Source of the DNA: Alphaproteobacteria bacterium
Lineage (GTDB): Bacteria; Pseudomonadota; Alphaproteobacteria; Bin95
Assembly (NCBI GenBank): GCA_965205265.1
Contig: CBDBGH010000003.1
Location: forward strand, 1,504,001-1,568,000
DNA length: 64,000 bases
Direction of reading: 5' to 3'
This document shows, one piece after another, positions 19,303 through 26,026 of this stretch; within the stretch, counting starts at the first letter, position 1; the number at the start of each line of letters is the position of its first letter. The position numbers were made by a program, and so were the translations under genes. The notes under the pieces are model-generated. The model saw only the letters and a program-made list of their open reading frames with translations, was not told the origin of the DNA and searched no databases.

Positions 19303-20061
19303 TCAGAGCAGACCGGCCGCGCGCACTTGCGGAAGGTAGGTGCGGCTGACAGGGACCTTGTGGCCGCCGGTGAGGCGAAGTGTGGGGCGGCCCCCTGCGC
19401 GCTCCGCTCCCGTCACATGGGCCCGCGCCACCCAGTAGGAGCGGTGGACGCGCATGCCGTCGGCGCCCTCCAGTTCCGCTATGGCGTCGGCGAAGCGCAT
19501 CAGCACGAGGTCCGAGCCCTCTGTGGTGAACGCCTCGACATAGTGGTCGGCCATCCGGAGATAGACGAGGTCGCGGCCGATCCCGTGCGGCAGGCGGTCG
19601 AGGAAACGGGGCGGCGCTGCGGCGGGCGCTTCCTGCACCTGCGGGGCGGGCCTGCTGCGGATAGCCAGGACCGCCGCACTGATGACCAGCCCTATGACCG
19701 CGACCCCCAGATAGATCTCCGGCAGCCGGTCCAGACCGACATAGCCCGGCCGGAACAGCGTTTCGGCAGCGAAGACGATTGCGGTTCCCGGCACGGCGGC
19801 CAATACCGCTGCCGCCGCCACCGCCAGGCCCCGGCGCGGGAGCGGCCAGTCATGCGCCAGGTGCAGCACCAGCAGCATCGAGCCGGCCCAGATGCTCCAA
19901 TTGCCGCTCATCGCCAGCAGCCAGTAGCCGGCGCGCCCCAACGGACTCATCGAATCGTATGTCCCGAAGGGGCCGATGAAGGCGAACAGCGCGACGACCC
20001 CGGCAAGCGCCGCCGCATGGCCGGCGACCTGCCTCTGCAATCCGCGAAGCGTGAACTGCAT
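19303..20061 (-). CDS. membrane-anchored LytTR-family transcriptional regulator
   Basis: About 4 N-terminal TM helices (GPFGTY), C-terminal DHYVEA, RVHRSYWVA, VPVSRTY. Confidence 0.88.
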   Translation of the reverse strand: MQFTLRGLQRQVAGHAAALAGVVALFAFIGPFGTYDSMSPLGRAGYWLLAMSGNWSIWAGSMLLVLHLAHDWPLPRRGLAVAAAAVLAAVPGTAIVFAAETLFRPGYVGLDRLPEIYLGVAVIGLVISAAVLAIRSRPAPQVQEAPAAAPPRFLDRLPHGIGRDLVYLRMADHYVEAFTTEGSDLVLMRFADAIAELEGADGMRVHRSYWVARAHVTGAERAGGRPTLRLTGGHKVPVSRTYLPQVRAAGLL

Positions 20062-20185
20062 TTGCTGCAATGCGCGAAATATCCGCTGCCTTTCCCGTAT
20101 CGAAGCATGACTCCGGCGGCCCCGCCGTCAACATCCCCGGCGCGGCGCACCCGCCGCATGCAAACCGCTGCCGGAGAACGGAACG

Positions 20186-20647
20186 ATGAATGCACCCCCC
20201 GCAAACAGGCTCGCAACGCTCGGAGCCGCCGCCCTCGCGCTGCTGGTCCCCGCCTTCGCCTCCGCCGCCGATCTGGTCGTGCGCGTCGAGGGCGTGCGCT
20301 CGGCCGAGGGCGACATCCGCGTCGCCCTCCACCGCCGCGCCGAGGGCGTGGACTTCCCCGACTCGGCCGGAGTCGTGAAGGCGGCCATGCGCCCGGCCGC
20401 GAAGGCCGGCGACCTGGTGTTCGCCGGCCTAGCGCCCGGCGAATACGCCATCGCCGCCTTTCACGACGAGGACCGGAACGGCGACCTCAACACCGGCCTG
20501 CTGGGCATCCCGACCGAGGGCTACGGCTTCTCCAACGAGGCGCGCGGCATGTTCGGGCCACCCGGCTTCGACGCGGCGGCCTTCACCATTGAGGCCGGCG
20601 AGGACCGCGCTGCCGTCACGGTCAGGCTCGGCTACCCGGAGTCCTGA
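20186..20647 (+). CDS. DUF2141 secreted protein
   Basis: Signal peptide (ASA), PGEYAIAAFHDEDRNG, GIPTEGYGFSN, FGPP. Confidence 0.88.
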   Translation: MNAPPANRLATLGAAALALLVPAFASAADLVVRVEGVRSAEGDIRVALHRRAEGVDFPDSAGVVKAAMRPAAKAGDLVFAGLAPGEYAIAAFHDEDRNGDLNTGLLGIPTEGYGFSNEARGMFGPPGFDAAAFTIEAGEDRAAVTVRLGYPES

Positions 20648-20650
20648 GCC

Positions 20651-22135
20651 ATGAAACCGCAGATTTCCCGCAGGGACGCGCTGCGCGCCGCCGGAAGCCT
20701 GCCGCTGCTGCTGGCCGCCGGGGCGGCGGGCGCATCCGGCGCTTCCGGCGGAGACGAGGCGCTCGCCTTCGCCACCGCAGAGGCGGAACGGCTCTCCGCG
20801 CCCTTGCAAACGCTGCGCGGCCGGCTCCCGCCGGACCTCGCCGGCACGCTCTGGCGCAACGGCCCGGCCGAGCATGACCGCTTCGGCCATCGCTACAGCC
20901 ACTGGTTCGACGGCGACGGCATGGTGCAGGCCTTCCGCTTCGACGGCGCGGCCGTCACCCACCGGGCGCGCATCCTGGACACGCCCAAGCGCCGCCGGGA
21001 GACCGAAGCCGGGCGGCGCCTGCTGCCGGCCTTCGGCTCCATGCCGCCCGATCCGGCGGACACGCGGGGCCCCGACGACATGAACGCCGCCAACACCTCC
21101 GTGGTCGTCCATGCCGGGCGGCACATGGCGCTCTGGGAGGGCGGGTCGGCGCTGGCCTTCGACCCCGAAACGCTGGATGCCGGCGGTTTCGTGGCGTGGC
21201 GCAAGGACATTGCCGGCGCGCCCTTCTCCGCCCATCCCAAGGTCGAGGCCGACGGCACGATGTGGAACATCGGCTACCTGCCCGTTCCGCGCCCGATGCT
21301 GGTCTTCTACCGCATCGGTCCGCAAGGCCGGCTCGCAAAGGTGACTGTGCTGCCGATGGCGCCGCTCGGCCTCACCCACGATTTCGTGATGACGGAACGG
21401 CGGCTGGTGGTGCTGCTCGCGCCCTTCGTGCTGGACCCGGACAGGTTCGCTTCCGGCCATATGCCCATCCTCGACGCCCATGCCTGGCGGCCGGAGCTTG
21501 GCGTGCGCGTGCTGGTCGTGGACAAGGACAGCCTGGAAGTCGAGCGCCGCCACGAGCTTCCGCCGGGCTTCCATTTCCATCACGGCAACGGTTGGGAGGA
21601 GATGGACGGCACGATCCGTCTCGATCTCTGCCAGGCGCCGGACCCGTCCTTCGTCACCCGCGACTTCCGCGATGTCATGCGGGGCGACACCCGCTTCCGG
21701 TCGGCGCATCCGGTCTATCGCCGGGCCGTGCTTCGCCCGGACGGGCGCGCGGAATACGAGGAGGGCGGGACGGTCGCTGCGGACTTCCCGCGCATAGACC
21801 CGCGCCGCCTCGGCCGGCGGAACGACGTGACCTTCGCGCTGGCGGGCGCGGACGAGCCCGCGGGCTGGCCGCTCCGGCGCGTGGTCCGGTTTGCGCCGGG
21901 GGAGGCGGACGGCTGGCGCTGGCCCCGCCACCGGATACCGGAGGAGCATGTGTTCGTTCCCCGCGGCGCGGGAGAAGGCGAAGGCTGGCTGCTCGGCCCC
22001 TTCCTGGACCTGAGGCGGCGCGCCTCGGGCCTGGCGGTCTTCGAGGCGCAGCGCCTCGCCGACGGCCCGGTCTGGGAAGGCATCCTCCCCTACCCCTTGC
22101 CGCTCGGCCTGCACGGAACCTTCGCGCCGGCGTGA
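20651..22135 (+). CDS. carotenoid oxygenase (RPE65/LSD) family protein with Tat signal
   Basis: SRRDAL twin-arginine; RNGP, HWFDGDGM; four His ligands (HPK, THDF, FHHGN, GLHG). Confidence 0.9.
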   Translation: MKPQISRRDALRAAGSLPLLLAAGAAGASGASGGDEALAFATAEAERLSAPLQTLRGRLPPDLAGTLWRNGPAEHDRFGHRYSHWFDGDGMVQAFRFDGAAVTHRARILDTPKRRRETEAGRRLLPAFGSMPPDPADTRGPDDMNAANTSVVVHAGRHMALWEGGSALAFDPETLDAGGFVAWRKDIAGAPFSAHPKVEADGTMWNIGYLPVPRPMLVFYRIGPQGRLAKVTVLPMAPLGLTHDFVMTERRLVVLLAPFVLDPDRFASGHMPILDAHAWRPELGVRVLVVDKDSLEVERRHELPPGFHFHHGNGWEEMDGTIRLDLCQAPDPSFVTRDFRDVMRGDTRFRSAHPVYRRAVLRPDGRAEYEEGGTVAADFPRIDPRRLGRRNDVTFALAGADEPAGWPLRRVVRFAPGEADGWRWPRHRIPEEHVFVPRGAGEGEGWLLGPFLDLRRRASGLAVFEAQRLADGPVWEGILPYPLPLGLHGTFAPA

Positions 22136-22185
22136 GGGCGGCCGCCCGGACGAAGGGAGACGGTGGAACGGAGGACCCCGGTGGA

Positions 22186-22509
22186 TGTCATGGGATGTCA
22201 TGTTCCGGGCTCCTTCGCCGCCTCGTTTCCACGTCGCCCCGGCGCCGCCGGGCCGATACCTCTCTCCGGCGTTCCTCCGGTTGCAGGAGGTCCCCGCTTT
22301 CGCGGGGACGACGAAGGGAAGTACGGGGACGACGAAGGGAATTACGGGGACGACGAAGGGAATTACGGGGACGACGAAAGGGAGCGTGGACGCGACGAAC
22401 GGGGCGCGGGAAGGCCGGCCTCTCGACCGGGCGGCGGCCTCCGGCAAAGTGTCATGTTCTGTCATGCGCGCCCGGCGGGACGCCCTCCGATGTGTCATGC
22501 AATGTCATG
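22186..22509. promoter_or_regulatory. three TGTCATG-N3-TGTCATG direct-repeat boxes
   Basis: Exact boxes at 22186-22202, 22450-22466 and 22493-22509; function unknown. Confidence 0.5.
22288..22386. repeat. RPE-like hairpin GTCCCCGCTTTCGCGGGGAC followed by a 21-bp tandem repeat (about 4 units)
   Basis: Units CGGGGACGACGAAGGGAA(G/T)TA start at 22303, 22324, 22345, 22366. Confidence 0.88.
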
Positions 22510-22915
22510 ATTCGCATGCACAGGGTGCATATGCTGTGGCCCGTTCGGGCATATGACCCCGCCCCTTTCTTCCTCCCCCGGCTTTCCCGCAAGCGGGGGA
22601 GGAGTTTTCCGGCGGCATGTCGTTCCTTCATCGCGTTTCGTTCCTCCCCGTTCCGTTCTCCCCGCCGCCGCGCCGAACGCGGCGAACGTTACCGATGCCG
22701 CCGCCGTCCGGCTCCCCGGAGCGACGGGACCCTGATTCGCGCGTATCCTGCGCGCCTGCGCCCGCGCCCGCCGGCGCGCGTTTCGCGGCGGCGCGAATCG
22801 CGCGCCTGATTGCCCGGATGCGCCCGCGCGCGCGAGGCCGACGCCGGGCGCACCCCTCCCGTCCGCCCGCGCCGGAGGTTTCGCCCCCAGCCACCGCTTC
22901 CCCGCCCGGAAACGC

Positions 22916-22942
22916 AAAAAGGCGGCCCCGGAAGCCGCCTTT
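22916..22942 (-). terminator. intrinsic terminator-like hairpin
   Basis: Minus strand AAAGGCGGC-TTCCGGG-GCCGCC-TTTTT. Confidence 0.65.
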
Positions 22943-22950
22943 CTATGCGC

Positions 22951-22977
22951 ATTGTAACACAGTTTTTCTCAGGTCAA
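22951..22977 (-). promoter_or_regulatory. sigma70-like promoter firing leftwards into the non-coding element
   Basis: Minus strand TTGACC-N15-TACAAT with extended -10 (TGTTACAAT) in an AT-rich patch; the spacer is short. Confidence 0.55.
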
Positions 22978-23083
22978 GCCCCTGGCGAACAAAATCGAAG
23001 ATTAAATTCCAACAACGGACAGACGCATACCATCTCGGCCCGCCGGAACCCGCGTCGCTTCGGTGGCGCGGTTCCGACGGCCG

Positions 23084-23415
23084 GGCCCGGCGCGCGTTGA
23101 CTTCCCACCCCGCTCGCCGCCATGCTCGTTTCCATGGCGCAGGCATTCGACAGGCTGGCGGCGGCCGTGCGCGAGGGACAGGGCGACCCTGTCACGAAGG
23201 CCGACCTTCGGGCGGAGCTTGCAGGGTTGGAGCGCCGGATGATCCTGTTTGCGCTCGCCCTTGTCGGCGTGTTGTTCGCGGCTATCAAACTCGTTCCGTA
23301 ACACCTTCCGCCCGGAAACCTTCCCCGGCCCGCAGAGGCGAGGCTTGGCCCGGCGCTCGTTGACGCCCGGACGGGGTTGCCGTCATGCTCGCTTCCAGGG
23401 CGCAGGCATTCGACA
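23084..23415 (+). repeat. 69-bp imperfect direct repeat containing a promoter-like TTGAC-N18-CATGCT
   Basis: Copies at 23084-23152 and 23347-23415 (offset 263 bp, ungapped). Confidence 0.8.
23134..23301 (+). CDS. 55-aa DUF1640/CCDC90-like coiled-coil plus C-terminal TM small protein (not in the ORF track)
   Basis: Hand translation MAQAFDRLAAAVREGQGDPVTKADLRAELAGLERRMILFALALVGVLFAAIKLVP; FD, TKADL and terminal TM-IKL pattern. Confidence 0.65.
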   Translation: MAQAFDRLAAAVREGQGDPVTKADLRAELAGLERRMILFALALVGVLFAAIKLVP

Positions 23416-23505
23416 TATCGGCAGCCGGACGGCCGCGCCCGATTCGGCAGCCGCAGAAGTTGGGCTTCGGCAGGTCCGGTTGATTTCGGAGCCAGGAAAA
23501 TTTCA

Positions 23506-24003
23506 ATGATCCGGAGATCGATAAAATGGATCGCAGCGCTCGGTCTTGTCGCCATCATTGCGTTGACCCTCCTTGGCAAGAAGACATTTCATGTGGAAGC
23601 GACCATTCCCGCTCCGCCTGCCGCCGTGTGGGAAGTATTGATGGACACGACCGGATATCCGGAATGGAATCCTGTCTTTGTGAGCGTCAACGGCCCCTAT
23701 GAACAAGGCGGCAGAATTCTGAACGAGGTGCGCGATCCGAAGGGTGAAATCCTGGAGATGACGGCAACGGTCGCTGAGCTCATCCCCGAACGGAAGCTGC
23801 GTCAGAAGGGCGGCGTGACCGGATTCATCACGTTCGATCATCAATGGCTTCTCGAACCCGTTGACGGTGGAACCAGGGTCACTCAGCACGAGGTGGATCG
23901 CGGTCTTTACCTGTGGTTCTGGGATTCGAGTTGGATCGAGCCCGCCTATGGCAGAACGAACGAAGCGCTCAAGGCCCGTGTCATGTCGCTCGGCGGCCGA
24001 TAA
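23506..24003 (+). CDS. SRPBCC/START-domain (polyketide cyclase-like) protein with N-terminal TM or signal
   Basis: IPAPPAAVWEVLMD..YPEWNP, GGTRVTQHE, NEALKAR; visibly lower GC than the flanks. Confidence 0.82.
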   Translation: MIRRSIKWIAALGLVAIIALTLLGKKTFHVEATIPAPPAAVWEVLMDTTGYPEWNPVFVSVNGPYEQGGRILNEVRDPKGEILEMTATVAELIPERKLRQKGGVTGFITFDHQWLLEPVDGGTRVTQHEVDRGLYLWFWDSSWIEPAYGRTNEALKARVMSLGGR

Positions 24004-24107
24004 ATCGCCATGCAGCGCTGCGGGGAGTTTGGCAAGGCGACGGCGTGCAGCGGGCACCGGCCGTCTGCTATGGTGCCGGCAAAACTGCCCGGGGAGTTCG
24101 CCAGCCC

Positions 24108-25445
24108 ATGCCGACCGCCGCTTCGCTCGCGCACGCAGACACCAACAATCTCGAACCGTTCTTCATGCCGTTCACGGCGAACCGGAGCTTCAAGGCGGAC
24201 CCGCGCCTGATCGTCGGCGCCGAGGGCGTGCACTACATCGCCCGCGACGGCAGGCGGGTGTTCGACGCCTCCGCCGGGCTCTGGTGCGTGAATGCCGGCC
24301 ATTGCCGCAAGCCCATCGTCGAGGCGGTGCAGCGGCAGGTGGAGACGATGGATTTCGCCCCTACCTTCCAGATGGGGCACCCGGCGGCCTTCGAGCTGGC
24401 GTCGCGCATCATGCAGATCGCGCCGCCGGACATGGACTCGGTGTTCTTCGCCAATTCCGGCTCCGAGGCGGTGGACACCGCCCTCAAAATCGCCATCGCC
24501 TGGCACCGGGCGCGCGGCGAGGGGCAGCGCACCCGCCTCATCGGGCGCGAGCGCGGCTATCACGGCGTCGGCTTCGGCGGCACCTCGGTCGGCGGCATCA
24601 AGAACAACCGCAAGGCGTTCGGCATGCTGCTGCCGGGCGTGGACCACCTGCCGCATACGCTGGACCTCGACGGCAACGCCTTCAGCCGGGGCGAACCGGA
24701 GCACGGCATCCACCTGGCGGACCGGCTCGAGCGGATCGTCGATCTGCACGACGCCTCCACCATCGCGGCCGTCATCGTCGAGCCGGTCGCCGGCTCCATC
24801 GGCGTCTATCCGCCGCCGAAGGGCTATCTGAAGCGGCTGCGCGAAATCTGCGACCGGCACGGCATCCTGCTGATCTTCGACGAGGTGATTACCGGCTTCG
24901 GGCGCGTGGGCGCGGCCTTCGCCTCGGAGCGCTTCGGCGTTACGCCCGACATGATGACGCTCGCCAAGGGCCTCACCAACGGCACGGTGCCGGCCTCGGC
25001 CGTCGTCATGAAGAAGGACATCTACGACACCTTCATGACCGGCCCGGACTGGATGGTGGAGCTGACCCACGGCTATACCTATTCCGCCCACCCGCTCGCG
25101 GTGGCAGCCGGCCTCGCGACCCTCGACCTCTACCGGGACGAGGGGCTGTTCGAGCGTTCGGCCGCGCTGTCGCCGGTCTTCGAGGATGCCGTCCATAGCC
25201 TGAAGGGGCTGCCCCATGTCATCGACGTGCGCAATATCGGCATGATGAGCGCGGTCGAATTCGCCCCGCGCGACGGCGAGCTTGGCCGGCGCGGCTACGA
25301 TGTCTTCCTGGAATGCTGGCAATCGGGCGTCTATTGCCGCCAGGCGGGCGACACGCTCGCCTTCTCGCCGCCCTTCATCGTCGAGGAAGGCGAGATCGGG
25401 CAGATATTCGAAATCGTGGCCGACGCCATCCGCCGGACGGCCTAG
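24108..25445 (+). CDS. omega-amino acid:pyruvate aminotransferase (class III)
   Basis: MPFTANR, GLWCVNAGH, NSGSEAVDTALK, FDEVITGFGR, TLAKGLTNG. Confidence 0.92.
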   Translation: MPTAASLAHADTNNLEPFFMPFTANRSFKADPRLIVGAEGVHYIARDGRRVFDASAGLWCVNAGHCRKPIVEAVQRQVETMDFAPTFQMGHPAAFELASRIMQIAPPDMDSVFFANSGSEAVDTALKIAIAWHRARGEGQRTRLIGRERGYHGVGFGGTSVGGIKNNRKAFGMLLPGVDHLPHTLDLDGNAFSRGEPEHGIHLADRLERIVDLHDASTIAAVIVEPVAGSIGVYPPPKGYLKRLREICDRHGILLIFDEVITGFGRVGAAFASERFGVTPDMMTLAKGLTNGTVPASAVVMKKDIYDTFMTGPDWMVELTHGYTYSAHPLAVAAGLATLDLYRDEGLFERSAALSPVFEDAVHSLKGLPHVIDVRNIGMMSAVEFAPRDGELGRRGYDVFLECWQSGVYCRQAGDTLAFSPPFIVEEGEIGQIFEIVADAIRRTA

Positions 25446-25452
25446 TCGGGAG

Positions 25453-25491
25453 TCGTCGCCCCGGCCCCCGCGGGGCGATCCGGGGCGACGA
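25453..25491. repeat. short palindrome TCGTCGCCCCGG...CCGGGGCGACGA (family B-like, collapsed)
   Basis: 12-bp perfect stem just downstream of the aminotransferase stop. Confidence 0.65.
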
Positions 25492-25584
25492 GTGAGTGTC
25501 CGTTTGAGAACTGGCATCCGGGCGTATCGAGACAGGGCCGAAGGCGTTACCCCGACCCTTTTCCCGTCATGCCCGGACTTGTTC

Positions 25585-25901
25585 CACGGCTGTCCGGTTT
25601 GGATTTTGTGGACAGAGCGCACGGCCTGGATTCAACCGGGTTTCGAGGGGTTCAGCGGGATCGGGACCCGGATCGACGCCCGCCGGCCTGACCCTGTTCC
25701 CGTCATACCCGGACTTGTTCCGGGTATCCATACGGCCGCCCGGCAGAGCCGCTTGAGAGAGATACCCGGAACAAGTCCGGGTATGACGACAGGGGGCGTT
25801 CGGGCATGACGGGCAGGAGGCCGACCGGGGACGCCGCGCGCCTCCGAAAACCCGACCGAAGCCCGCCGGGCTTCGCCCGACGGCTGAACCGGACAGCAGT
25901 G
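25585..25901. mobile_element. MITE-2 inserted in the loop of a REP-like hairpin
   Basis: TIRs CACGGCTGTCCGGTT and AACCGGACAGCAGTG (14/15); 9-bp TSD GACTTGTTC at 25576-25584 and 25902-25910. Confidence 0.85.
25702..25787. repeat. REP/RPE-like palindromic element, family A
   Basis: GTCATACCCGGACTTGTTCCGGGTATCC...GATACCCGGAACAAGTCCGGGTATGAC. Confidence 0.9.
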
Positions 25902-26026
25902 GACTTGTTCCGGGCGTGACGGAGGGGACCTTCGGATATGGCGGAACCGGGCCGGTCCTTGCATGGACGCTATTCTCAAACGGTCTCTGAGAAGAGTTTA
26001 ACCGCCCCGGGTCGGTAGTGGAGGCG

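Larger units (their letters stand above)
25496..25987. mobile_element. MITE-1 copy a (non-autonomous, IS5/IS1031-like ends)
   Basis: TIRs GTGTCCGTTTGAGAA (25496-25510) and TTCTCAAACGGTCTC (25973-25987), 13/15 match; TGA duplicated at 25493-25495 and 25988-25990; both ends homologous to 31652-31912. Confidence 0.82.

Noticed and set aside
22303-22386. Possible CRISPR array
   Set aside because: Units are contiguous with no unique spacers, and there are no cas genes
20429-22498. 689-aa minus-strand ORF with PFVVPVI repeats
   Set aside because: Shadow of the oxygenase gene; the peptide repeats are the 21-bp tandem repeat translated
22186-22509. Pho boxes
   Set aside because: PhoB boxes have an 11-bp period (CTGTCAT-N4); these have 10 bp and no phosphate genes are adjacent
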